From assembly GCA_964551375.1 (NCBI GenBank), contig CAZKBG010000001.1:150001-182000 (forward strand): DNA of 32,000 nucleotides, in the 5' to 3' direction. The translations under genes were made by a program, and so were the position numbers. Source of the DNA: an uncultured archaeon (GTDB lineage Archaea > Iainarchaeota > Iainarchaeia > Iainarchaeales > JAAZKV01). The first letter of the stretch is position 1. Each line of letters starts with the position of its first letter. Positions 10,101-17,175 of this stretch are shown here, one piece after another. The notes beneath the pieces were generated by a model that was given only the letters and a program-made list of their open reading frames with translations, made no database searches and was not told where the DNA came from.

Positions 10101-10686
10101 TATCATCAAAGTTATTGTTTGAGTTCTTCTTTTTCTTTCCGCCAGCGTCCACCGCGTCAAAAGCATCATCCTTAGTTTCAAATTCCTCTTCCTCTTTAGC
10201 ATCTTTAACTTCGCCAAAAATAACCGGCTCAGCAGAGTCCTCTTCATCTTCTTCTAAAACTTCATCTTCGTCATCATCTTCTGAATCATCGCTTTTCTTA
10301 TCAGATTTTTTATCATTTATCACAGTTTTGTTGCCTTTAATTTCAGCATCATCATCAGAGTCTTCTTCCCCTTCATCATCTTCGGAATTATCTTCTTCAT
10401 CGTCCTCGGCTTTATCTGCTTTAGCTTCTTTTTCTTCTTCAGTGTCAGTATTTTCTTCTTCACTTTTTTTTGCTTTCAATTCTCTTGCTTCTTTTGAATT
10501 TCTTTTTTGCTTTAAGATATTGGCTTTTTCAGCCATTCTTTTCTTAGCTTCTTTTTCCTCGTCATCTTCTCCAAAAACATCATCAAACAAATCATGGTCT
10601 TCAGTTTCGATAGTTGCCTCTACCCTGTCTGAACTATTCATTAAAGCTTCGCCCACGTTGCTCTTTGATTCAATTTCTTCTTCCAC
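7156..10686 (-). CDS. HerA/COG0433 (DUF87) FtsK-HerA superfamily ATPase with a polyacidic N-terminal region and a large C-terminal extension containing a wHTH-like segment
   Basis: Walker A VFVCGARGSGKSYVLG (nt 9427-9450), Walker B WLFIDEAHTLIP (~nt 8658-8681) and GRRPGCSLVFATQQPSAIDSKVLSQLDIIMAHKL, typical of COG0433. The first ~360 aa are D/E/K low complexity. The C-terminal ~400 aa include MFKLVAEKKRTPKDAAVLMKMEEGNAKRVLDSLTKKGLLQIQ. GTG start with GGAGA ~14 nt upstream. Confidence 0.8.
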   Translation of the reverse strand: MEEEIESKSNVGEALMNSSDRVEATIETEDHDLFDDVFGEDDEEKEAKKRMAEKANILKQKRNSKEARELKAKKSEEENTDTEEEKEAKADKAEDDEEDNSEDDEGEEDSDDDAEIKGNKTVINDKKSDKKSDDSEDDDEDEVLEEDEEDSAEPVIFGEVKDAKEEEEFETKDDAFDAVDAGGKKKKNSNNNFDDIINEKLNNSLNKSNSGANGKENIAENGKKKSNGYGGKLDLKVTHEEDEEEEVTKAHPVERAIIKSVIRNKAMMAAQGEVKINKGVKINDDSITSRKQDEDHDEMADDLMREDGIKEEGIEDEVDSEEDADENAPKSKMPKANLVEEDETEDGKDGVIKPELEFLMSEKGHAYIGRKKSVLNKYGEEAGLFVGRVNEKDKEGTDVYLDGLNPHVVFVCGARGSGKSYVLGVVAEELALKNKNVGIVVVDPIGVFWSMKHPNKEEKELEALAKWGIMPKGLNNIKVFIPVGMKDSVPKSTYDAVFSIQPSLLTAEDWCLTFGIDRFSPTGLLMEKGIAKVKSGYSTEEGKEVRGKQNTFSLDDLAKCFEFDAELNDREKGYKADSIRALVSRFDAAKHWGIFDEKGTSLGLLSRAGQMTILDTSFLEDNVSALVVGIIARRLLSARKLGTRREAAGKFDDNTAMEDIVELNIPPTWLFIDEAHTLIPGGNQKTPASSALVEYVKQGRRPGCSLVFATQQPSAIDSKVLSQLDIIMAHKLVFDDDIKSIYKRTPTIVPFAYKKSNFIKTMPVGIALTGDRSETTSRAFVMSIRPRMSQHEGRDAETTDEKQELETEQVEVLAVNIALNQLKKDPSIRIDSIKETLDTLNNTYKKNVSIDKILKELEKKGLNVKDDSVYAKGVLEEMEAEKEEEEALKAEEEEALENENTEEGYGAQMLKPKKLPKDVEKFGEQLHEFDEKVELTALRPVIDEQRARKSLAGFAAKKFLFPDEILDRVVLKHAQLYKVKYKYFNHKDAFQVGEAYINSLTGEFIHDDRGALVESKGLPIFMDLNESESTMFKLVAEKKRTPKDAAVLMKMEEGNAKRVLDSLTKKGLLQIQADSKGNPVYAPGRIEIELPPTPLHEMLSSIGKKAITEIESAAVIAPALNERDLPALLNKLWGNVSVKEVTHLFLPVWEGVLKKRTGEERVVMIDAINGKQINLD

Positions 10687-10871
10687 TTTTAGCTCACTTT
10701 CTCCTTAGATTAGCTACTCTGGGTATAAATACCTTATTCTTTTGAAGAATTTTTCATAACTTAAATGAGTTATTTCTTTTTTTATGAACTCAAACAGCGT
10801 GTTGTCCAAAATATGCAAAATTAATTCCAACTTATTGTGTAAGAATTTGTTTTTCGGATTTTTTAGTAAGG

Positions 10872-10879
10872 TATTTAAA
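10872..10879 (+). promoter_or_regulatory. TATA-box-like element (TATTTAAA) upstream of a GC-rich non-coding island
   Basis: TATTTAAA lies ~25-30 nt upstream of the point where the sequence turns GC-richer and hairpin-rich (~10903). Confidence 0.25.
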
Positions 10880-10902
10880 CTAAATTATAGTAAGATTAAT
10901 CG

Positions 10903-11045
10903 TGTTGGGAGTTACATTGTGAAAGTTGAAACTTTTGCAATGCGCTTAATTGCAGATCTATAGGTTTGCAAAGCGGAGGAGGCAAACCATACCGCTGGTC
11001 GGATCCCTGGTTTGTCCCTTTACATTTACTTAATTTACTCTTTTT
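10903..11045 (+). ncRNA. Candidate small structured RNA of unknown class
   Basis: No ORF. Three consecutive hairpins: AAAGTT/AACTTT (10922-10936), TGCAAT/ATTGCA (10936-10954) and GGTTTGC/GCAAACC (10963-10988). The 3' part (10963-11018) is locally ~50% GC, against a ~33% background. T-rich tract with T5 at 11041-11045. The boundaries are guesses. Confidence 0.25.
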
Positions 11046-11121
11046 CTAAAGTTTTCCAATTAATAATTTTGGGAAAAATGCCTTAAAGCAACCTTTAAAA
11101 ACAAACTTCGCACCAAATTAC

Positions 11122-11247
11122 TTATTCAATTGACTTAATGCCTGGCGAAGTCAAGCATTAATTATTACCGTAATTGCATGGCAACTGCGAAGCCAGTGGA
11201 GCACATAAGTGCGACACACTCGCCCGCAAGCCGGCGTGACGGCTTAT
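11122..11247 (+). other. Long, partly GC-rich putative 5' leader of tRNA-Ser(UGA)
   Basis: TATA-like CTTTAAAAA at ~11092-11100. Hairpin TTAATGC/GCATTAA at 11135-11161. A ~57% GC stretch at 11178-11247 contains the hairpin GCCG-GCGTGA-CGGC and abuts the tRNA directly. Confidence 0.3.
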
Positions 11248-11331
11248 GCAGAGGTGGCAGAGTGGTCAAATGCGCTCGGCTTGAGACCGAGTTCCCGAAA
11301 GGGAGCGGGGGTTCAAATCCCTTCCTCTGCG
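11248..11331 (+). tRNA. tRNA-Ser (anticodon UGA), class II with a long variable arm, no intron
   Basis: Acceptor GCAGAGG/CCTCTGC plus discriminator G. Anticodon arm CTCGG-CTTGAGA-CCGAG. Variable arm TCCC-GAAA-GGGA. T arm GGGGG-TTCAAAT-CCCTT. Confidence 0.9.
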
Positions 11332-11344
11332 TTAATCAGAAACT

Positions 11345-11500
11345 TCAAATCCCGTACTGTGCTGCAAAGAATAGAATTCCTATCATGAGTAAGTAAAGAC
11401 CGACAGCATAATTGAGTATTTTTGGGAATATTAGAATTATTATGCCCATGATTATCGATATTATTGCGCTTAGAACTCCACTCACTAAAAATGTTACCAT
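11345..11500 (-). CDS. Small two-TM membrane protein, DUF308/HdeD-like
   Basis: I prefer the internal ATG at 11498-11500, which is preceded by GGAGGTGAAAAA, giving 51 aa: MVTFLVSGVLSAIISIIMGIIILIFPKILNYAVGLYLLMIGILFFAAQYGI. The ORF track extends to 11590, but that start has no ribosome-binding site. Confidence 0.55.
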   Translation of the reverse strand: MVTFLVSGVLSAIISIIMGIIILIFPKILNYAVGLYLLMIGILFFAAQYGI

Positions 11501-11659
11501 TTTTTCACCTCCAAAATTTTTAAAGTATCTTACTATTGTGTACACAGGATTTTTTAATAATATTGTAATAAGTGTTTTTGGTCTCTGCAATGGCGATTAT
11601 CTGCCTGAGTGAAATCAGTTTATATGCAATTCAATAGGATAATAAAATTAGAATTTGAA

Positions 11660-12322
11660 TTAATTTTTCTGTCTCTTATAAATAGAATTAAGGAACAGCT
11701 GGTATTCTTTTTTGTATCCTTTTGATACCATGAATTTGTCTATTTGTTTGGCATTCTCTTGGGTTTCTATAATGATGAATTCTGGTCTGTATTTCTTCCA
11801 GTCGTTGGATTTGAGGACATCAAGGTCTCTTCCTTCTACATCTACGCTCATGACGTCAATGTTTTGCCCTGGTTTTAAGTGAGTGTCAAAGATGATTTTT
11901 AGGGTTGTGATTGGAACGCTAACTTTAATGAATTCAGCTGAGTGCTTCTGCACCCATTCTTTATCCATGCTTGAGACTCCGCCTTTCCATTTTGAGCCTG
12001 GCTTGCCTTCATAAAAATCAACTGTTCCAGTTGTAGTTCCAACAGCGGTGTTGAGGTTAATATCTCTTTTTCTGTCTTTAACAAATCTCGCAAAGTTTTT
12101 CTTCTGAGGCTCAACGTTAATTCCGCGCCATCCTAATTGGTAAAAGTAAGCAGTGTTTGACATTTTCTTTGGGTGATATGCTCCAACATCAACATAGAAT
12201 CCGTCTGGCTTATCTCTATAATAATTTGCTAAAATTAAGTCTTCTCCTGCCTGTGCATAAGTGACTTTATTTGTAGTAAAATCCATGCTTCGTTTTACTT
12301 TTCTAATAGCTTCTTTTAACAT
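11660..12322 (-). CDS. FkbM-family (Methyltransf_21) SAM-dependent methyltransferase
   Basis: 220 aa. GFYVDVGAYHPKKMSNTAYFYQLGWRGINVEPQKKNF...NTAVGTTTGTVDFYE matches the FkbM-type pattern (fYvDVGA...G...v.EP......l..N.). Confidence 0.65.
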   Translation of the reverse strand: MLKEAIRKVKRSMDFTTNKVTYAQAGEDLILANYYRDKPDGFYVDVGAYHPKKMSNTAYFYQLGWRGINVEPQKKNFARFVKDRKRDINLNTAVGTTTGTVDFYEGKPGSKWKGGVSSMDKEWVQKHSAEFIKVSVPITTLKIIFDTHLKPGQNIDVMSVDVEGRDLDVLKSNDWKKYRPEFIIIETQENAKQIDKFMVSKGYKKEYQLFLNSIYKRQKN

Positions 12323-12390
12323 TTTATCACTAATTTGATTGTTTTTTAGATTATTATAGTTAATGTTTAAAGATAAGCTGGGGTTTTTGA

Positions 12391-13326
12391 TTAAACCTGT
12401 TTTATTTCCGAATAATCAGGCGCAGGGGGAACATATTTTGGCTCGGATGCTTTCATGTTCAGGTTTTGCATTATCTCGGCTGCAAAGAGAGTGATTATGA
12501 TTACCCAAGTTACTCCGATTATGTTTGTAGCAAGCATGATTGTGAAAAATGCAGCAAAAATTATGATAGTAAGAGCCGCAACCATTTTTGAAATGTCTTT
12601 ATCGATGTATAACTTCTCATTTCCTGAAAAGTAATTATTAATTCTTTGAGCATATCGCCATGTCGGTTCGTGCTTTTCAGGGAATAATGATAATGCAACT
12701 GCTCCATTTGCAAGGATTGAAACTCCCATAAATCCGATAAAGAGTCCGTTAATTATTGTCTCATAAATTCCAATTGCTGCGTTTGGATTGAGGTAAGGGT
12801 AAATTATGATTATTGCGCAGATAAGTTCAACAACTAAGTGCCAGAAAAACAGCCAGGCCATTGTCCAAATCCCGGGGCGAAAGCTTGAGAATGAAACCCG
12901 TAAAATAGTTCCAATGTGGAACAGGATTAATCCGAAAACTACTATTCCAGGAATACTGAAAAAGAAGAAATTGCCCGTTCTTGTGATGGCTATCGCGTAT
13001 ATTAGTAAAAATAATAATAGTCCAAGTTCAATTAGCGCTCTTCCTTCAGTAAGTCTTGTAACAAGCGCAACTCTGTTAATTACGCAAAAAAACATTGCCC
13101 AAATTATTCCCATTGAAAAAAACAGAGTTCTAATTCCTTCAATTGTGAGCACTCCGCTCCATGGTTTATATAAGAGTCCAATTATTATAAAAGCGGCAGA
13201 AATTACTAATATTCCGATTGTTGCATAAAGCGTCCATTTGTTAAAAATCTTTGTTCCTGCTTTTCTAAATGCTTGAAGAAGAAATCCGATTAGAACTGTT
13301 ATAAATAGAACTTCTATGAAAGCCAT
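12391..13326 (-). CDS. Polytopic membrane protein (about 9 TM helices), function unknown
   Basis: 311-aa ORF that is hydrophobic throughout. No motif recognised. Confidence 0.65.
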   Translation of the reverse strand: MAFIEVLFITVLIGFLLQAFRKAGTKIFNKWTLYATIGILVISAAFIIIGLLYKPWSGVLTIEGIRTLFFSMGIIWAMFFCVINRVALVTRLTEGRALIELGLLLFLLIYAIAITRTGNFFFFSIPGIVVFGLILFHIGTILRVSFSSFRPGIWTMAWLFFWHLVVELICAIIIIYPYLNPNAAIGIYETIINGLFIGFMGVSILANGAVALSLFPEKHEPTWRYAQRINNYFSGNEKLYIDKDISKMVAALTIIIFAAFFTIMLATNIIGVTWVIIITLFAAEIMQNLNMKASEPKYVPPAPDYSEIKQV

Positions 13327-13364
13327 TTTTTCACTGTCCTTTATTATCTGACTTTGTTAGTTTA

Positions 13365-13562
13365 TTATTTTGCCCCGCGTTTTAATCTTCCTCTTAATGA
13401 GTTTAATCTCTGTTCTCTTAAGTTAAGCCTTGCCTGTGTTTTTTGAAGCTCTTTTAGTCTTTGAAGAGCTCTTGGATTAGCAGCTTTTCTTTCAAGTTGT
13501 TTAATTCGCCCTGACAAGTGGTGCGCTGCTTTTTGCAAACTATTTTGTCTGATTTTAGGCAT
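13365..13562 (-). CDS. Small basic coiled-coil protein (65 aa), probably translated from a leaderless mRNA
   Basis: R/K/L/Q-rich helical sequence. On the coding strand, TTTAATATAA lies ~23-32 nt upstream of the ATG and there is no SD. This is typical archaeal leaderless geometry. Confidence 0.45.
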   Translation of the reverse strand: MPKIRQNSLQKAAHHLSGRIKQLERKAANPRALQRLKELQKTQARLNLREQRLNSLRGRLKRGAK

Positions 13563-13589
13563 ACTAATAGATTTGAGGAATCAATTATA

Positions 13590-13790
13590 TTAAAGCTTTT
13601 GTATGCCGTCGCACATCGGGTAAGCAGTGCATCCCCAAAACTTTCCATATCTTCCTTCTCTAAGACTCATTGGCATTTTACACTCGGGGCACTTTGGAGC
13701 GCTCAATTTATCCTTTGAGTGCTTTGAACAAGTAGGTATTCCTTCTTTATTGTAAATAGTTGCGTGATTGCCGCATTTAGCACATTTCAT
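13590..13790 (-). CDS. Stand-alone zinc-ribbon protein with a topoisomerase-type C4 zinc finger
   Basis: 66 aa. N-terminal CAKC...CSKH, then CPECKMPMSLREGRYGKFWGCTAYPMCDG, which matches the zf-C4_Topoisom pattern (CPxC..l..R.G..G.F.GCs.YP.C). Confidence 0.7.
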   Translation of the reverse strand: MKCAKCGNHATIYNKEGIPTCSKHSKDKLSAPKCPECKMPMSLREGRYGKFWGCTAYPMCDGIQKL

Positions 13791-13830
13791 TAAACCACCA
13801 GAACTTTAGAGTATAATTAAGTTCTGGAGT

Positions 13831-16023
13831 TTAAAATCTTTTTCTTCTGCCGTAATTATTTTTCATGTACTTTGCTTTGTGAGGTCTGCTTGTGTGCCGA
13901 GGCATCGAAAATGATTCGTCATCTCTATCAGAATCGCTTTTGTGTCCGTATTCTCGTTTATTTCCAAAATCTTTTCGTGGAGCAAAATCTCCTCTTGCTC
14001 CAGAATCTCTTCTTGGTTTAAAATCTCTTTTAGGTCCAGAGTGGCTCCCCTGAGCCCCTCTATCAAAGCTTCTTCTATTATCAGAACCTGTTCTTCTTGG
14101 TCCTCGGTCAAATCCTCTTCTCTCTCCATCCGTTCTTCGTGGGGCAAAGTCTCTTTTTGGACCGTCCCTTGAATGCCCGCTTCTTGCTGGATACCTTGGC
14201 CTGTCTTCAAAAGAAGGTTTAGCTTCAGGAGTAATCATTACATTAGCTCCTTCCATGTCCGTTCCAGTTTGTTTCTTAAATCTCCTTTCTTCGTGAGACT
14301 TGTGTTTTCTTCCGAACTTATCAAATCCTTTTACTCTTTCAGTTCTTTTCAAAGCTGCTTTATTTTTTTGGTGTTCTGGGTGGTAGTGTGAAGTCGGGAA
14401 TAAAGGCTCGTGAGTTCTTGGAGTTCTTTCATACCCTCCTTGAATTTCTGGCTCAGTTGTTTTAGTTTTGTTTTCTGCTACCCAAGCGTGTTCGATTGGC
14501 TTAGCATGTGATTCGTGTTTTTCTTTTCCAAAAGTTCTTGGAGAAGTTCCCTTATCAACGCTTTTGTTAAAGTGCCATTCATCTTTTTGCCCTGGCTTTG
14601 CTAAATGGCTTTTTTCAAAGTGCCTTGGGGCGCTGTCAAATCTTCTAGAACCTTGTCCAGCATTTTGGTAGTCATTTCTTCTTCGGTCAGAGTGTCTTGG
14701 AAAATTTGAGCTTGAGCCATAATCGCTTCCTTCTCTTCTTGGAGCAAACGAATCATTTCGGTCTTTTCCTCTTCCATGTCCGCCAAAGTCCCTGTCTCTT
14801 CCTCTTGAGCCAAAGCTTCTTTCTCTTCCAAATCTGCTTCTCTGAGCAGGGTAGCTTTCGCCGCCATCTCTTGAACCAAATCTGTTAGTTCCAAAGTCAT
14901 GCTTCTTTGTTTCAATCATTTCAAAGTCAGGAACATGCTCTTGCTTTATGTCCATCTTGCTGTATCTCAAAATCTTTTGGAAGTTATCATAATCTCTTGC
15001 TGAGAGTAATGTTACTGCGTCTCCTTTCTTTCCAGCTCTTGCAGTTCTTCCAATTCTGTGCGTGTATTCTTCAGCAGTTCTTGGAACATCATAGTTGTAA
15101 ACGTGAGTTACATCCTTGATATCAAGTCCTCTTGCCGCAACATCAGTTGCTACAAGCACATCAATTTTAGCTGCCTTAAATGAAGTAACAGCGTGCTGTC
15201 TTTTAGTCTGAGCCAAATCCCCATGAACCGGCATTACAAAAAGCCCAAGTTTTTTTAAGTTGTGAGCAACTCTATCAACTTCTCTTTTTGTTCCGCAGAA
15301 CACAATAGCAGGTCCTGGAGTTTTTTGCTTTAGTAAATGAACTAAAAGAGAGAATTTTGCTTCTCTTCTAATATCATAATACACTTGAGTTAGTAGACTT
15401 CTATCAACATGCAGTTGTTCTTTTACAAAAATAGGCGATTTTAGATATTTTTGAATAATATTCTGCGCAGCTCTTGGCATTGTAGCGCTGAACATTACAG
15501 TCTGTCTCTCTTTAGGAGTTCGTCTTAGTATCTTGTCAACGTCTTCTTCAAACCCCATTTCAAACATCTTATCCGCTTCATCAAGAACAACGTACTTGAT
15601 TGCGTTGAATTTGATATTTCCTCGATTAATATGATCAAGCAGTCTTCCGGGAGTTGCTACAACTATTTCAGCGATTTTAATATCTTCAATCTGCTGATAA
15701 AATCCAACTCCTCCAAAAATGCTTACAACGTTTATCGGCAAAAATTTGCCCATTGTTTCCATATTGTCTCGAACTTGCGCGCAAAGTTCTCGCGTTGGAG
15801 TAAGAATTAATGCTTGTATTCCCGCTCCTGGCACAATTTTTTCAAGTATCGGCAGTCCAAACGCCGCAGTTTTTCCAGAGCCAGTCAATGACTGCCCAAC
15901 AACATCCTTTCCTGCTTTAATTTCAGGAATGCATTTTTCTTGAATTGGTGTTGTCTCTTTAAACCCCATTAATTCGATTCCGTCAAGGAGTTTTTTGTCT
16001 ATATGTAGTTTACTGAATTCCAT
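13831..16023 (-). CDS. DEAD-box RNA helicase with a ~355-aa R/G/D/S/F-rich basic C-terminal tail
   Basis: Q motif region FKETTPIQ, motif I TGSGKTAAF, Ia PTRELC, II VLDEAD (DEAD at nt 15571-15582), III SAT, VI HRIGRTARAGKKG. The tail (nt ~13834-14901) carries repeated GPKRDF(A/K)PRR / RGFDRGPRR-type motifs. Confidence 0.9.
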   Translation of the reverse strand: MEFSKLHIDKKLLDGIELMGFKETTPIQEKCIPEIKAGKDVVGQSLTGSGKTAAFGLPILEKIVPGAGIQALILTPTRELCAQVRDNMETMGKFLPINVVSIFGGVGFYQQIEDIKIAEIVVATPGRLLDHINRGNIKFNAIKYVVLDEADKMFEMGFEEDVDKILRRTPKERQTVMFSATMPRAAQNIIQKYLKSPIFVKEQLHVDRSLLTQVYYDIRREAKFSLLVHLLKQKTPGPAIVFCGTKREVDRVAHNLKKLGLFVMPVHGDLAQTKRQHAVTSFKAAKIDVLVATDVAARGLDIKDVTHVYNYDVPRTAEEYTHRIGRTARAGKKGDAVTLLSARDYDNFQKILRYSKMDIKQEHVPDFEMIETKKHDFGTNRFGSRDGGESYPAQRSRFGRERSFGSRGRDRDFGGHGRGKDRNDSFAPRREGSDYGSSSNFPRHSDRRRNDYQNAGQGSRRFDSAPRHFEKSHLAKPGQKDEWHFNKSVDKGTSPRTFGKEKHESHAKPIEHAWVAENKTKTTEPEIQGGYERTPRTHEPLFPTSHYHPEHQKNKAALKRTERVKGFDKFGRKHKSHEERRFKKQTGTDMEGANVMITPEAKPSFEDRPRYPARSGHSRDGPKRDFAPRRTDGERRGFDRGPRRTGSDNRRSFDRGAQGSHSGPKRDFKPRRDSGARGDFAPRKDFGNKREYGHKSDSDRDDESFSMPRHTSRPHKAKYMKNNYGRRKRF

Positions 16024-16190
16024 TTATATCATCTCATTTTTTCGAATATTATCTATTCGTCCATTTTAAATTATATACAGTAAAATTCCCTAAAAGTAAG
16101 TATAAGTTAACCAAAGGCAATTTATTATGTATTAAATAATTATCAATACGATGGTTTATTAAGCTCGCTAAAATGCGTTTTATTTGATTT

Positions 16191-16502
16191 CTAAGCCAAA
16201 GTAAGCAAGAAAGAGAGGTTAGTTTTGGCATATAACGAATGAATTGCATTTTTTTTCATAAAAATAAGCACTCCTTGCTTCATTTTTATCTTCTTTCCTT
16301 CAAGAGTGAATTCTCCAGTTCCTTCAATTACCTGCACAGTTCCTTCCATTGTTGAAGTATGCTCATCCATTTTTGAGCCCGCGCTCATGCAAAACAAAGT
16401 TATGTTTAACTTTTCAGGAGAAAAAAGTTTTTTGCTTAGAATTCCGCTTTTTGTATATTCTATTTTTAATTTTGGCTCAATAAAGTTTTTTTCTGTTTTC
16501 AT
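16191..16502 (-). CDS. Cupin-domain protein
   Basis: 103 aa. The pattern ...MDEHTSTMEGTVQVIEGTGEFTLEGKKIKMKQGVLIFMKKNAIHSL resembles a cupin_2 beta-barrel. It starts 6 nt after the upstream gene's stop. Confidence 0.6.
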   Translation of the reverse strand: MKTEKNFIEPKLKIEYTKSGILSKKLFSPEKLNITLFCMSAGSKMDEHTSTMEGTVQVIEGTGEFTLEGKKIKMKQGVLIFMKKNAIHSLYAKTNLSFLLTLA

Positions 16503-16508
16503 TTTAAC

Positions 16509-17048
16509 TCACTTTGATTTCCACTTGTCAAGTTCATCCGCAAGCGCAATATATTTCTCTTTTGTTCCTTTTGGAAACTTTTTTTCTTCAGCTTTATTAA
16601 ACTGGATAAGCATTTTTTCCTGTGTTTTCTTTGTAATTGCCTTATCAGCCATTGGGAACATAATATTATCTTCTTTGTAAATGTGTTCTTTTAGAAGCTC
16701 TGCATATCCGAGAGCATTTTTAGCGGTGTTTTCTTTATCCCCTTCTTTAACAGCTTTTTCAAGATTTTTTATGAAGTGTCTTCCTTCATCATGTTCATAA
16801 AGCATTTGCGTGGTGGGGTTACAATGTGCTTTATGCTCATTTTTGCAGAATTCTTCAAATAAAATATCTTCTTCTTTTGCATGGTGGAAGCCGTCGGCGT
16901 AGTTTCTTACAAAATCAATTGCCCCCGCATAAAATTCTTTGTCAATTTTTCCGCCTTTTGAGACTTTTTTAGCCTCTCTTTCAAGTGCGTTAACCACTTT
17001 GATTATATTTTTGTGCTCATCAATCAATATTTTTGTCGCGAGTTCCAT
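16509..17048 (-). CDS. Hemerythrin-like (HHE cation-binding) domain protein
   Basis: ILIDEHKNIIKVVNALE...FHHAKEEDILF...HDEGRHF...HIYKEDNIMFP gives the repeated H/E metal-ligand pattern of hemerythrin-like proteins. I prefer the ATG at 17046-17048 (MELATK), preceded by GGTGAATTA. The ORF track start at 17078 is also possible. Confidence 0.65.
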   Translation of the reverse strand: MELATKILIDEHKNIIKVVNALEREAKKVSKGGKIDKEFYAGAIDFVRNYADGFHHAKEEDILFEEFCKNEHKAHCNPTTQMLYEHDEGRHFIKNLEKAVKEGDKENTAKNALGYAELLKEHIYKEDNIMFPMADKAITKKTQEKMLIQFNKAEEKKFPKGTKEKYIALADELDKWKSK

Positions 17049-17175
17049 TAATTCACCAACACATGAAATATAATTCATGCGTATATTTAAACCTTCTGTT
17101 TTAGGGCTTAATTTTGCTTCGTGAAGGTTTTAATCCTTTTGAAGCTTATCTTTTAGATAAAACTGAGCGGTTAAT

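Noticed and set aside
10007-10708. 233-aa Ser/Phe/Leu-rich ORF on the plus strand
   Set aside because: It lies exactly antisense to the GAA/GAT-rich polyacidic region of the HerA-like gene. Reverse-complemented acidic codons give TTC/ATC/TCx codons and few stops, so this is a compositional artefact.
11178-11251. A 74-nt GC-rich stretch that might be a second tRNA (ends GCAT.../...TATGC can pair)
   Set aside because: I could not build a cloverleaf. There is no 5-bp/7-nt T arm with a TTCRANN-type loop, no consistent anticodon arm, and its 3' end would overlap the first two bases of tRNA-Ser. It is kept only as an unexplained leader.
11178-11396. 72-aa plus-strand ORF
   Set aside because: It reads straight through tRNA-Ser(UGA) and its GC-rich leader, so it is not a protein gene.
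13834-14915. Several 60-115-aa ORFs in other frames and strands across the helicase tail
   Set aside because: They sit within the low-complexity repeat region of the DEAD-box gene. The long helicase frame explains the sequence.
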